Below are positions 18,308 to 28,742 of a stretch of DNA of 39,606 nucleotides, in pieces. The stretch spans positions 1 to 39,606 of IMG/VR virus record IMGVR_UViG_3300048080_000084, one strand, 5' to 3'. The translations under genes and the position numbers were made by a program. This DNA comes from a virus (Duplodnaviria > Caudoviricetes). Within the stretch, counting starts at the first letter, position 1. Every line of letters begins with the position of its first letter. Below the pieces are notes generated by a model that saw nothing but the letters and a program-made list of their open reading frames with translations, ran no database searches and was not told where the DNA came from.

Positions 18308-18757
18308 TTATGTTCCAACAGTGGGCAACGGACTGTACCACAAACCATTCGCCTCATCCCAAACCATGATAGCCGCAGCCATTTGACCTCCACCAGCATC
18401 CCCAGCGGCCAGGATTCCCTGAGAACCATCCCCAATGTGGTTGGCGACATAAATGTCGTTTCCAACATTGTTAGAGATGTTAGCGATGCAAAGTTGTTGA
18501 CGGTCGACCATACCAGTCAAGGTCAATAACTCAGCATCGGCCGCCCCAGAGGTGTCAACACGGAGTATTGAGACCCCAGCCACATCAACTGACATTGGGT
18601 CAGTCATGATAATGTTTTTTATGGTACCACCAAACCCGCCGCCAGTTGAAAATTTCAAGACCTTTGTAGGGTCATTTGAGTTCCCGGGGAGAAGAATCTC
18701 GAGGTTGCGAGTCTCCTCGTTATAGCGCATCTGACCATCATGTATGCCAAAGACCAT
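18308..18757 (-). CDS. Probable tail-associated protein
   Basis: 149-aa ORF with AAGGAG RBS, directly after the tailspike. Confidence 0.6.
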   Translation of the reverse strand: MVFGIHDGQMRYNEETRNLEILLPGNSNDPTKVLKFSTGGGFGGTIKNIIMTDPMSVDVAGVSILRVDTSGAADAELLTLTGMVDRQQLCIANISNNVGNDIYVANHIGDGSQGILAAGDAGGGQMAAAIMVWDEANGLWYSPLPTVGT

Positions 18758-18768
18758 TTTGTGCTCCT

Positions 18769-20475
18769 TTAGATTTGTTTAGGTTGGTACTCAATCGTCA
18801 TTGTTGCTTGTACAACTTGCTTCGCTGCATTGCTTGTTTCCCCTGTGAACTTGATAATATTGGCTATTGTGCGGTCAATTGGGCCATTTCCTAGAACTAT
18901 ACCAAGGGCTCCAGTGTTTGTGATTACAACTGATCCTGCTGCATCACGTTGTGATAGAAGCCTAGCAAACCCCACAAGATAGTCACTACCAGTGATGTCT
19001 GCAATAACTGCCCATATCTCAATTTCCCAAGAATCTCCAACGCCGACTAAGTCGCCAGTATCAAATATCCCTATACCTCCAAAAAGGGCCTTTAGGCGAT
19101 ATGTATCAGGCGTAGTTGATGTTTCATACCCAGCGGCTTTTATTTTCAAAACATCCCCAAGATCCAATGAGTTGGCTGGAAGCGTATATGATTGAAGATC
19201 ATCGGCCGCGCCACTGCCAGTTTTCAACTCGTACTTTGAGTATAGCAAGCCGCCAGCCTTGAATTGTTTTGTTCCAGTGCTGGCTCTAGCTATCAAAGAG
19301 CCAGCTGCATCTGAACCTGCAATAACATCGTCAGCTGCTTGAACATTATCTGTTGACTGTACTAAATCACCAGTAATCGTATCAGCTATGATGTCTCCAC
19401 CAAGAATCTCAGCAAAGCGTATTACTGCACCAGAGGTGAGGTGCACACCGACACCAATATGTTCAGTGACCCCCTGTTTTACCATGCCTCCTGACAAGAT
19501 AGTCACATTAACAGGGAATGTGGGAGGGGCAGAGACTGCGTAGGTACCCCCGCTAGTAAATAGTAACGGGGCGCCACAAGATAGCCACGAGTCGATGGCT
19601 GTTAGTTGGTCACCAGTGCCATCATTAACTGCACCCCACCACTCGGGATAAGGACCCTGCTCAAAGGTACAACCAAAATCAAAGAGCGGGTCAAATGACC
19701 CAGCAGCCAGGATACGATAGGGACCTGCCTGGAAGTTGCACTTGATGGTAGGGATAACGTCAAAGTCCAGTAAGGCACCATCCTCGACACGAAGCGTAAA
19801 GTCGCCGGTATCAAGCCCAGTTGGGTTTGTGACCAGGCGATAGGCAAGCCCAGTTGGCGAGGCAGGCACGTAGAGATAGCCAGTATGGCCGGCAGCCTTG
19901 ACATAGGCAATGGCCTTCTCAAATGAGAGCTTGTCATCTGTGACGCCATCACCTATGGCGCCAAAGTAACGAACAGAGATCTCATCCTTAAGGAAGCGCA
20001 CCCAGCGACCAACGGCAGGCGCATCATCTGGGGTGAACGTGACCCCACCATCCTCAGTTGTTGAGATAGCGTCATCGAAGATGAAGATGCCACCGCCACC
20101 ATCGCCAATGGAGTTGTAGCCCATCACGATGGCCCAGGGGGTGGAGCCGGAAGGGAGCGCCTTCAGATCAGCGATGGTCTCAACCACCTGAAGTTGGTCA
20201 GTGCCTGTGCCAGAGATGTCGTCTTTCTCCCACTCGATAGCATCAAGGGCGTTTGTCAGCTTGATGGTATAAAGCCCCGCCCCCAAGAAGCAGTCAAACT
20301 TGCCAGCCGGGTCAAGGATGATAGGGTTAGTGTTAAGTTCAGCACCAAGTGGGTCCTTCCACGTGGGCTTATCAGTCACTGTGTTATTCTCGTATGTGTA
20401 CAGCTTCCCAAGGGCGAGTGGTACTCCGACATCGTCCAAGTAGAAAGGCTTTAGAAAAGGTAGCGGTGTAGGCAT
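18769..20475 (-). CDS. Tailspike/tail fibre with head-binding N-terminal domain
   Basis: GKLYTYE...NTNPIILDPAG; TIADLKAL...GYNSIGDGGGG; VRYFGAIGDGVTDD; PEWWGA. Confidence 0.85.
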   Translation of the reverse strand: MPTPLPFLKPFYLDDVGVPLALGKLYTYENNTVTDKPTWKDPLGAELNTNPIILDPAGKFDCFLGAGLYTIKLTNALDAIEWEKDDISGTGTDQLQVVETIADLKALPSGSTPWAIVMGYNSIGDGGGGIFIFDDAISTTEDGGVTFTPDDAPAVGRWVRFLKDEISVRYFGAIGDGVTDDKLSFEKAIAYVKAAGHTGYLYVPASPTGLAYRLVTNPTGLDTGDFTLRVEDGALLDFDVIPTIKCNFQAGPYRILAAGSFDPLFDFGCTFEQGPYPEWWGAVNDGTGDQLTAIDSWLSCGAPLLFTSGGTYAVSAPPTFPVNVTILSGGMVKQGVTEHIGVGVHLTSGAVIRFAEILGGDIIADTITGDLVQSTDNVQAADDVIAGSDAAGSLIARASTGTKQFKAGGLLYSKYELKTGSGAADDLQSYTLPANSLDLGDVLKIKAAGYETSTTPDTYRLKALFGGIGIFDTGDLVGVGDSWEIEIWAVIADITGSDYLVGFARLLSQRDAAGSVVITNTGALGIVLGNGPIDRTIANIIKFTGETSNAAKQVVQATMTIEYQPKQI

Positions 20476-20484
20476 ACTATCTCC

Positions 20485-22779
20485 TTAAAACTGCATTGTA
20501 GTAATTTCAGCGCCACCGCCAAAACCACCACCCGGACCTACTGGGGTCACTATGTGACGTGTTCGAGGCTTCTCTAAGCCGAAACTTGTTTTTGCTTTTC
20601 GTACGTCCTTACGTTGAACCTTCTTGGGAGCAAGGTCGGACATGATATCTGAGCCTATCTGAAGCTCGCCAATCTGAACGTCTCCCTTACCTTCTTCTGG
20701 GGTTTCTTCCTCAGACTTCTCAGTCTTCTTTTTCTCAGGTTGTGCAGTCTTCACTGCTGCGCCAGCAAGAGCGGAAGCGAGCCCAACCTTGATGACCTTC
20801 TCAAGGTTAGCCTTGGGAATATCACCAACCTTGTTTAAAAGACGGGTCGCATGCACAACTCCCCAAGGGGAACGGATCTGCGAGCGAATTGTGCCAAGCT
20901 CACGGCTAAGCACCTGCTTACCAATCAACGGCAACCTGCCCTCCTTGCTCATGCCTAGTTGCTCGGCCTGGGACATGGCCTGTGCGCGATAGCTCAAGGC
21001 ATCGGTGCCTGACCGACCCATGATATTGTCCAGGAATTTGAGCTCCTCAAGGGCGTACCGCTTGTCGTAGTTTGCGATACCCCCAAGCTTATCTGAGATG
21101 GCCTTCTCAGTAGAGCCAAGGTAACGCCCAGGGAGTTCTGTGTTCTCAAACTTGCCCAAGGCGAACTTGACATTGGATTGCTGCTCTTTCGTGAGCACCA
21201 CGTCAAGAAGCTCCTTATTCTCAGACAAATTGTTCCAGACCTTCTTTGCCATCTTGAAGTCAATGCGGCCATCAACATCAGTCGAGCGCAGCAGGAAGTC
21301 ATCGATGAAGCCAGCCTTAACTTGATCAGCTACTGGCTGAAGCTCCTTATGCTTCTTGGCAGTCTCAAAGACCTTCTTGACATTATCAATGCCCATCTTG
21401 TCCAGTGTCTTGGCATAGTCTTCCTTGACGATGGGCTTTCTGCCAATACCACTCATTGCGTCAGAGATCTCAGCGTAGAACTTGTTATTGTCGCGCCAGG
21501 CAGTTGCCAGGGCTTGGGCTTCCTTTGGGTTCTTGATGTTTGTGTAAAAGGACTGCTCAATGACGTCATTGACGCGGTTGCGAAGGCCCTTGAGGAGAAA
21601 GTCTCGGTTCTCAAACTTCTCATCATAGGAGATCATCTGGTCAATGCCGCGGCGCTTGGCCAAAAGCTCATCAACCGTCTTGGCCTCCTTAAGGTCATCG
21701 CTCATGCGGATGAGAACGTCTGCATCCTCTTTCGCAAAGGCGCGACCGCCGAGATAGCCAGCAATCTCTTCATTCGGCTTATAGTTAATCTGGGTAAGGA
21801 TATCTTTCTGAAGATCAGCAGCGGCGGAGCGTGCCGGCTCAAACATCGTGGCTTCAGTGGTTGGGATCTTTTGCCCTGAGAGCTTTCCTAAGGTGCGCTC
21901 TTCCTCTGAGGCAAATCTCTTGGATGCCGCTGCTCGGGCCTCACCAACCGACTCTGTGAGTTGCTTGCCGCGCTCAAAAGGTTCAGTGACAGCTTTCTTT
22001 TCAGTCAAGCCGACAAAAGAATCCTCGAGCTCTTTTTGACGCGCCGCACCCAATTGCTCGAGCTCTTGGCCTACCTGAGTCGACATGACGTCAGCCTCTT
22101 CCTTGGCACCAACCTTAAGCTCACCCAGGCCCTTCTTTGAGGCAGCACGCTCCACGGCCCCCTCAGCCTCGGTCAAGCCCCCAAGCTGACGTAGCGTTGA
22201 CTTGGCGCCTGGGACAAACTTCTGAAGCCCCTTTATACCAGCGGCACCACCGCTTAACAAGACGCCTGGATCTTCTAGCATTGAGACTGCAAAATTTGAG
22301 AGCACATCCTCAATTTGAAGTGAGCGCTCACGGGCCCACTTTATCAGTGATGGCATGTTGCTCTTAAGATTCTCGGCCATCTTCGTTTTGAAATGCTCTC
22401 GCATGTCCTCACGGATTGGCTTGAAAATCCCACCCTCAGGATCTTCCATCTCTGAGACGCCGCCCATCTCACCCAATCGACGAGAGCCATAGGTAGCAAA
22501 ATCTGAAAGAGCTGCCATGCCTACTCGAATGATGTCTGGATTTATTTCACCCTCAAGAGGATCTCTCTTATAACCTGGAGCCTTCCGTTTTGCAATATAA
22601 TCTTGCACCGCTTTTGTGGTACCTGGAAAACTTTTTTTAAGACGACCCATATAATCAGCACCAGCTGCAGGGGTCTCTTGCACAAAGCCCTCTTCTGGGG
22701 GCGCTTCACCCCCAGCTGCTTGGCGATTGCGCAGTTCAAGCTCAATCTCTATGGCTCGTTTTCGCTCTTCGGGAGTCAT
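20485..22779 (-). CDS. Large internal virion/DNA ejection protein (P22 gp16 position)
   Basis: 764-aa helical protein, third of three ejection-type genes by synteny. Confidence 0.6.
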   Translation of the reverse strand: MTPEERKRAIEIELELRNRQAAGGEAPPEEGFVQETPAAGADYMGRLKKSFPGTTKAVQDYIAKRKAPGYKRDPLEGEINPDIIRVGMAALSDFATYGSRRLGEMGGVSEMEDPEGGIFKPIREDMREHFKTKMAENLKSNMPSLIKWARERSLQIEDVLSNFAVSMLEDPGVLLSGGAAGIKGLQKFVPGAKSTLRQLGGLTEAEGAVERAASKKGLGELKVGAKEEADVMSTQVGQELEQLGAARQKELEDSFVGLTEKKAVTEPFERGKQLTESVGEARAAASKRFASEEERTLGKLSGQKIPTTEATMFEPARSAAADLQKDILTQINYKPNEEIAGYLGGRAFAKEDADVLIRMSDDLKEAKTVDELLAKRRGIDQMISYDEKFENRDFLLKGLRNRVNDVIEQSFYTNIKNPKEAQALATAWRDNNKFYAEISDAMSGIGRKPIVKEDYAKTLDKMGIDNVKKVFETAKKHKELQPVADQVKAGFIDDFLLRSTDVDGRIDFKMAKKVWNNLSENKELLDVVLTKEQQSNVKFALGKFENTELPGRYLGSTEKAISDKLGGIANYDKRYALEELKFLDNIMGRSGTDALSYRAQAMSQAEQLGMSKEGRLPLIGKQVLSRELGTIRSQIRSPWGVVHATRLLNKVGDIPKANLEKVIKVGLASALAGAAVKTAQPEKKKTEKSEEETPEEGKGDVQIGELQIGSDIMSDLAPKKVQRKDVRKAKTSFGLEKPRTRHIVTPVGPGGGFGGGAEITTMQF

Positions 22780-24140
22780 GGCGCCTTGTTGAGCTCATCG
22801 AGCTCAGCTTGAAGTTCGGCATCTGTCTTACCCTTAAAGGCAGGGTTCAACTTGATATTTGACCTGGGCTTCTCATCAAAGATATGCTTCCAACGCTTTG
22901 TCTCACGTGCTACTGCACGAGGGTTAAAGTCCTGAATTCTTTCCTTCATGAGCTCATAGCCTGGACGTGCCTGCTTAATGGCCTCATCCTTTGAAAGTTG
23001 GATATAGTCATGAATCACTTGCAACTGACCCTCATCAAGGCCAAGACCACCAATAGCTGTGCCTGCTTTAAGCTTATTGTAGATCTCCCTTAGCCATGGT
23101 TGGCCAAGCACAGTTCGTTTGAACTCACCAGGCATAACCACTGAGGAAGGGTCAGCAATCTTTGCAAAGGCCACAATAAGGTTTTGCTCCACAAACTGAC
23201 GCTTTGCGGCAGAAGGGTTCTTCTTGTACTCGTCCCATTGACGAGCTGCAGTCTCAACTGGACGGATGATGGTGTCCATGGCCTTTGTGACAGGGTCGTC
23301 CTGAAAGTCACGCGAGGCCTTAAAGACATTGTCAATGTCATGCTGTTCGCGAGTCTCAATAACAGAGGGTGACGGGGCTTTCTCTTGTTCAGGCTTAATG
23401 CCCTTGAAGGCAAACTCTCTTGCCTCGGGGACATCAGCGAACTTCTCAAGAATCTTTGAGGTGAGTAAGGCCTGCTTTGCTCTGTCCTTAGTGGCTCCGG
23501 CAATGAGTTCATTAAAGCCAGGAAGCGCCGCCTGAAACTCAAGAAGACGCTCCTTTGCCACTGACTCTTGTTCAGCCTTATCGTCATATGAGGCTGAACC
23601 TGCCACAAGACGCTTGAGGGTATCATCATCACGCATGCTTGGCAGCTCTTCACCAAGCGCATTGAAAACTTCCTCACGCATCCGATAGTAGGCCGTATCA
23701 CGCTTATCCTCAGGCATGCTTAAGACACCCTTAGCTTGTGACCCCAAAAGGTCGATCTTCTCACGATAGTTCTTGAGGTGAGCTGCCCGCTCTTGAGAGC
23801 TCAATTGACGCCACTTTAGCTCAGCCTCAGCCTTCTTGGTTTTTTGCGCATCAAACTCACCCTTAAGCTCAAGTGCCCGACGAGGAGAGACCTTAGCTAC
23901 CTCCAGCACAGCAGCCTCCTCATCAATCTCACCATTTTTTCCCATGGCTGACTGTAAGGCATCCTCAACCGCCGCCTCTTCGGCTAGCTGCATCTCAGAC
24001 TTACGCGACTGTAGGTTTGTTGCTCGGCTATAGGCCAATGAGTTCTCATAGTTGGATTGCCGTTCTGAGAACGACGGTAACCCAGCCCCCGCGCGCACGC
24101 GCTGGCCTATGCCAACTGAGAGTGTAGGGTCAAGTGCCAT
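22776..24140 (-). CDS. Internal virion/DNA ejection protein (P22 gp20 position)
   Basis: Helical, MALDP start, DPSSVVMPGEF motif; assigned by synteny. Confidence 0.6.
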   Translation of the reverse strand: MALDPTLSVGIGQRVRAGAGLPSFSERQSNYENSLAYSRATNLQSRKSEMQLAEEAAVEDALQSAMGKNGEIDEEAAVLEVAKVSPRRALELKGEFDAQKTKKAEAELKWRQLSSQERAAHLKNYREKIDLLGSQAKGVLSMPEDKRDTAYYRMREEVFNALGEELPSMRDDDTLKRLVAGSASYDDKAEQESVAKERLLEFQAALPGFNELIAGATKDRAKQALLTSKILEKFADVPEAREFAFKGIKPEQEKAPSPSVIETREQHDIDNVFKASRDFQDDPVTKAMDTIIRPVETAARQWDEYKKNPSAAKRQFVEQNLIVAFAKIADPSSVVMPGEFKRTVLGQPWLREIYNKLKAGTAIGGLGLDEGQLQVIHDYIQLSKDEAIKQARPGYELMKERIQDFNPRAVARETKRWKHIFDEKPRSNIKLNPAFKGKTDAELQAELDELNKAP

Positions 24141-24904
24141 TAGCCATACCCAATTTGAGTTTGTTGAGGCTGCATATAAGGATCAAGTACCTGACCTTGT
24201 GGTGCCGTGTGCTGTCCACCACCGCTAAACAGCGTGGAAAGCGACTTCAAGGCTGCAGGATCTGAAAGAGCCTTCATAATGCCCTCAATCCCACCAATCT
24301 GAGATTCAGCGGCACCAATAGTACCACCAGCCTGTACTGCGCCTATGCCTGTCATCAAATTTGATGCTGACGTGCCAAATCCTTCACGTGCCCCTGAGAG
24401 ATAGCCTGCAGCACTTAAGCCAGTATTTGAAAGAGTGCTGAGTCTGTTAAACTCATCCATATTCGCTGTACGATTACGCTCGTAGGCAGCGCCATATTCC
24501 TGCGAGGCAAGAGCTTGATTTAACTGGACAATCGACTTGATGGTGCCACCGGACAGTAAACGACCACGAGCTGCAGAGGAACGCTCCAAGGCGAGATTCG
24601 CTTGCTCCATCCTGTACTGCAGGCCAGGGTCAGCGGCCATCATCTCAGCGGTAAAAGGCTTATTGAACTCCCCAGACAACGTGCGACGGCTAAGTTCGGA
24701 AAGACCTTCGCGACCAGCTTGAAGATATGGCGAAAGTTCTGCCTTTGTTTGGCCAAATAAATCTCTCTGAAGATCAAGAGCTGCTTGGGCTGACCTGGCC
24801 TGTTGACTGGCCGCCCTTTTAGCTGCGCTACTTCCAAGCAGTGAGCTTAAAAGGCTACCACCAGCGTATATGCCTGCTGCAATTAATGGTACAGGTATTG
24901 GCAT
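24140..24904 (-). CDS. DNA transfer/ejection protein (P22 gp7-like)
   Basis: Gly/Ala-rich hydrophobic N-terminus; LSPYLQAG, DPGLQYR, ERSSAARGRLLSGGT. Confidence 0.8.
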   Translation of the reverse strand: MPIPVPLIAAGIYAGGSLLSSLLGSSAAKRAASQQARSAQAALDLQRDLFGQTKAELSPYLQAGREGLSELSRRTLSGEFNKPFTAEMMAADPGLQYRMEQANLALERSSAARGRLLSGGTIKSIVQLNQALASQEYGAAYERNRTANMDEFNRLSTLSNTGLSAAGYLSGAREGFGTSASNLMTGIGAVQAGGTIGAAESQIGGIEGIMKALSDPAALKSLSTLFSGGGQHTAPQGQVLDPYMQPQQTQIGYG

Positions 24905-24913
24905 CTTATACTC

Positions 24914-25114
24914 CTATACAACATCCACCAAGAGGTGGTTAAGTCCGGCTTCATCTCTCCAATAAAGATCCTGTCCAACCATGTTCAAGCCAGCTATCTC
25001 AGGACTTGTGAGCACCTTATAAACAGCCTGATGGTATTGAATCCACTCAGTTGTCATGGTCCCATCTTCACGTGTGACAGGGTGTTTAACCGGGGGTGGG
25101 GTATTGAGCCTCAT
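24914..25114 (-). CDS. Small tail-associated protein
   Basis: 66 aa, ATGA-coupled to the gp10-like gene. Confidence 0.6.
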   Translation of the reverse strand: MRLNTPPPVKHPVTREDGTMTTEWIQYHQAVYKVLTSPEIAGLNMVGQDLYWRDEAGLNHLLVDVV

Positions 25115-26556
25115 TCTGAGGTTACCTCCGCGCCGGCCTTAACTATGGCGTGCTTGACAGGGGCTGACGTCTCTATCTCCCACACACGGTCAACTGGTGC
25201 TGTGCCAAGTCGACGAAACTCCACAAACATCTTAGTTTGGCCTGCCTTACCCATTGGGCGTGTTAAAGGCTGACTGAACGTCTTTGCGTTGTCATCGCTA
25301 TAGCGTAGTCGTATGACTGGATTCTTGGCTTCCTCGGAGTCGCCACCATAGGGTGAGCCAACACCAGTCTCAACATCCAAAAAGAGACTGTGCCACGTGA
25401 GCTTATCACCATTGGCTGAGACATGCTGCGTGCGACGCCGACGAATGATTGGTGCTCCATCATCGTAAAAGACGTCATTGCTCAGCTCATAGATGCGGCC
25501 AATTTGCTTTGAAAGTACAAGATTCTTTCCAAACATGTAGGCATGAGCAACCACATGGTACTCATGCTCTTCCCCTGTAATAGGGTTACGGTACATTCGC
25601 TGATGCCACTTGCCTGAGGCAATGTCATAGCTCCAGGTCTTTTTCTTCAGATTTGAGGTCAAGTTATAGAAAGCATGACCTTCCTTCTCATAGACCCACG
25701 CGTAGGCGTCTGTCCATTGGTCAAGGTCAATCTCCATGGCAAATGTTGAGATTCTCAGAGGTGAGTAGCCACGAGACATCCACACGGAGGCTGAGCCATC
25801 CTTGCTAGCGCCAAGCCAGAACAAGCTCCCACGCAATGGTTGGGCAGTATTGGCAGACAAGCAGCCTACATCAGCGAATGTGCCTTGGATCCTGTCAAAA
25901 GGGAAGTTAAGATTTTCGGAATCGTAGAAGACTTCCTTTGAGCGGCTGCCAAGCGCCCAGGCTTCACGATTCAGCGCGATGATAGTGATCAACTTGTCAG
26001 GGGAACCCTCAGCTGAGCCAAATTCAAGCCCATCCCACGTGAGACCATCACGAAGTCTTGAGATGGCAAATAAGCCAGGATCAGGTTGTATTGAGCCAGG
26101 GACAATGAAGTACCCATCAATATAGGTAACCGATCTTGCCCCATTAGGAAAGTTTGGTGACACAATCTGCTCAAAGACGTTCGTTGCAAATGTGAAGATG
26201 TAACCATTAAGGCCATCAACAAGCATGAGCTGAATGCCATTGTCAGAGGATGACACTTTGCCAGTCGCGGTATTCAATGTGCCACGCTCAGTCACAGTCC
26301 CATCTGAGAAGATTTCAAACAGCTTTGACCCGATCACTGCAAAGCCACGGTCAATTGAGGCGGGGTATAGGTCTCTTCCCTCACCCTCACCACAGTCGGC
26401 AAACTGAACAGTACCAGGCGTGTTTAACAAGGCATTAGGAGCCTTGCTATCCTCGCCGCCATGCTCAAGGTAATAGTTGATGCATGTTTGGGCATCCAAA
26501 TTCTTGGAACGAGCTTGATAGGCCGCGCCTACAAAAGGGATCTCGATTCGTTTCAC
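25111..26556 (-). CDS. Packaged-DNA stabilization/tail hub protein (P22 gp10-like)
   Basis: TYIDGYF, SAEGSPD, GHAFYNL, TWSYD..SGKWH, LRYSDD; synteny. Confidence 0.85.
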   Translation of the reverse strand: MKRIEIPFVGAAYQARSKNLDAQTCINYYLEHGGEDSKAPNALLNTPGTVQFADCGEGEGRDLYPASIDRGFAVIGSKLFEIFSDGTVTERGTLNTATGKVSSSDNGIQLMLVDGLNGYIFTFATNVFEQIVSPNFPNGARSVTYIDGYFIVPGSIQPDPGLFAISRLRDGLTWDGLEFGSAEGSPDKLITIIALNREAWALGSRSKEVFYDSENLNFPFDRIQGTFADVGCLSANTAQPLRGSLFWLGASKDGSASVWMSRGYSPLRISTFAMEIDLDQWTDAYAWVYEKEGHAFYNLTSNLKKKTWSYDIASGKWHQRMYRNPITGEEHEYHVVAHAYMFGKNLVLSKQIGRIYELSNDVFYDDGAPIIRRRRTQHVSANGDKLTWHSLFLDVETGVGSPYGGDSEEAKNPVIRLRYSDDNAKTFSQPLTRPMGKAGQTKMFVEFRRLGTAPVDRVWEIETSAPVKHAIVKAGAEVTSE

Positions 26557-27284
26557 ACGAACCTCCCTGAGTAGATATCAAAGTTTAACCCAAAATTCTT
26601 TGAATACCTGGCCATGTTCTCTTGAGGTATCCGAATGACTGGCGCATTAACTCGCTTGATTCCAGCCTTTGTGTCCACAAGCGTTTGAAACACTGATTGT
26701 GGTGCCTCTTTGCCAGTCCATTGCACAGCCATCTCAATAGCCAAGCTGTACCTGAGCGCCTTCTCATAGGTAGGAGCCAGGTCTATTTCCGATTGAAGCG
26801 TTTCAAAGGTGGTGAACGGTACCCAAAACCACAAATTCAAAAGCACACCTTGGCTTGGGACAGGGAGTAGGAAAATCTCTCCCATAGGAACGGTCGCCCT
26901 GTAATAGAACTGAGATGGTGTTCCTTGGTCCTCTTTACCTGATAATCTGGCATAACCAGTCTCATCAAGCGAGTCCAGGATGTACTCAGAGCTTCCAATT
27001 GTTACTGAGGCCTGTTCAATTCGTATCGGCCTTGTAACTGCAATACTGCCAACGGGTTGCGGAGTATCAATCCCAATGAGTTTTGACTCTAGGGCAGAAG
27101 CCCAGGAATTGGTAATCCGACTGAGGGCAGATACCATCTGCCGCTCAGTGGACCACTGATCTAGGATGCCATTCAAGATGCGCAGGCCATCGTCCCCATC
27201 TTCTGGAGATACGGTTTGGCCTGCGCCGAGGGCACCAACCAGACGCATCGCGTCTCGGATCACAGTGAGAGCTTTTACGCTCAC
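26553..27284 (-). CDS. Head-to-tail adaptor (P22 gp4-like)
   Basis: IRDAMRLVGAL...DGLRILNGILDQW...YEKALRYSLA. Confidence 0.75.
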   Translation of the reverse strand: MSVKALTVIRDAMRLVGALGAGQTVSPEDGDDGLRILNGILDQWSTERQMVSALSRITNSWASALESKLIGIDTPQPVGSIAVTRPIRIEQASVTIGSSEYILDSLDETGYARLSGKEDQGTPSQFYYRATVPMGEIFLLPVPSQGVLLNLWFWVPFTTFETLQSEIDLAPTYEKALRYSLAIEMAVQWTGKEAPQSVFQTLVDTKAGIKRVNAPVIRIPQENMARYSKNFGLNFDIYSGRFV

Positions 27285-27484
27285 CCAGGACCTCCGACGC
27301 TAGCTTTTGCCTTTGCTCGCGCGTCTTCCAAGTTTTTCTTGGACGGTTTTTCATACGCGCTGGCGAACTTGGACCTCTCCTCTTTGTTCAGCACGGTTAC
27401 CGGAATGAATTGATCATTCCTGTACACGTACAGTACCTTCGGATACTCCCTGTTCACCGGAGCTTTAGCTTTTTTCTCTGCCAT
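27281..27484 (-). CDS. Small basic protein downstream of the capsid gene
   Basis: 67 aa, EYPKVLY motif, AGGTGG RBS. Confidence 0.6.
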   Translation of the reverse strand: MAEKKAKAPVNREYPKVLYVYRNDQFIPVTVLNKEERSKFASAYEKPSKKNLEDARAKAKASVGGPG

Positions 27485-27497
27485 TCAAATCACCACC

Positions 27498-28709
27498 TTA
27501 TCCGAGCACCCGGACGCCCATGTCCCGATGGTAAAAGGCAGTGCCGAACAGGCACTCGAGGCGGGAGATCCACTTGCCAGTCTTCAGCTCGAAGCCTCGG
27601 ACGAAGCGCAAGGTGTACCCCTTGTAGGAAACGACTTCCGCCATATCCATGCCCTTCGGCATCCGCAGATTCGCGGACACGATTCCAAAGCAATCGCGAT
27701 GGAAGGCAAGGTTCTGACGAGAGAACTCCGGAGTTGCCACGACAGGACCAGCGGTTTGGAGCGTGACAAGCGCGTTGTCCGCCGCAAGGGCCACAACGGT
27801 TTGCTTCACACCGTCAAGAGGTCCAAAAATCGGAGGGTAGATGTCGACAGCCGCAAGGCCACCAGCACCGCTGACAATGTCTTCCAGCACAACGAACTGT
27901 GCAGGAAACCCGGTGTCCTCGAAGGATATCGGATTGGCACTGTTGACATCGGCGATTTGAATCACCGCGCCAGCCTTGTAGCTCTCCAGAGGAGTAGTGA
28001 AGTCGACGTTCAAGACACTGCCGGTTTGAGCGGCGCCATCGACTGTGACCGTATCGGTCAGAGGATCGTCCTGATGAGCGACGATGTTCTGATCCATGAA
28101 GATATCGAAGCCGGATGCGCGAGTGACCAGTCCATTGCGGAAGGTCTCGCCCTGCTGTGCCTGCGGATTGAAACCCGCTTGGAACGAGGACGCCAGCATA
28201 CGGTTCGCACGGGGATCGATGACGAATGACCGCATGCCATCACGCGGTGTGGAATACCGATCGAGCACCTCAGCCGCAGCAGCCACTGCATCGAAGTCAT
28301 CGGGAGTTGTCCCGGCGACGCCAACCACATTGGGAATGCCAAGGGCCTTGTTGCAAAGCGCACGGTCCACACGGTTGGCGATCGCATTTGCCGCGGGCAC
28401 GATATATCGTTCCCGGAAGTCGCCTATGGTGAGAGCCATGTCCTTGTCCTCAAAATTGAACGGGACGATGGGATTCGTGTCGATTGTAACATCGACGCTC
28501 GACTCCTTCACGTCTTGAATCAAGGCAGTGATGTCAGGGCCATCAACTGTCTTGAACTTCACGGGCTTGCGCACGCGAATGGTATCACCGACCTCGTTGA
28601 ATTCACCGGAATACCGGCGATTCACGATAGTGCCCATGACCATCATATTGACGGCCATAAACAACGCCTCGCGGGCGATGATGTTGGGTGTTATGAGTTC
28701 ATTGGCCAT
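27498..28709 (-). CDS. Major capsid protein (P22 coat-protein-like)
   Basis: MANELITPNIIAREAL, VGDTIRVRKP, GFDIFMDQN, QNLAFHRD, RLECLFG. Confidence 0.92.
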   Translation of the reverse strand: MANELITPNIIAREALFMAVNMMVMGTIVNRRYSGEFNEVGDTIRVRKPVKFKTVDGPDITALIQDVKESSVDVTIDTNPIVPFNFEDKDMALTIGDFRERYIVPAANAIANRVDRALCNKALGIPNVVGVAGTTPDDFDAVAAAAEVLDRYSTPRDGMRSFVIDPRANRMLASSFQAGFNPQAQQGETFRNGLVTRASGFDIFMDQNIVAHQDDPLTDTVTVDGAAQTGSVLNVDFTTPLESYKAGAVIQIADVNSANPISFEDTGFPAQFVVLEDIVSGAGGLAAVDIYPPIFGPLDGVKQTVVALAADNALVTLQTAGPVVATPEFSRQNLAFHRDCFGIVSANLRMPKGMDMAEVVSYKGYTLRFVRGFELKTGKWISRLECLFGTAFYHRDMGVRVLG

Positions 28710-28742
28710 AAAATGTCTCCTGGCGGCTGCAGGTCTCCTTTG

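Noticed and set aside
27528-28229. 233-aa + strand ORF (also 21178-21879, 30737-31243, 36471-37025 and similar)
   Set aside because: These are antisense shadows of genes with strong codon bias, with no RBS or recognisable motifs.
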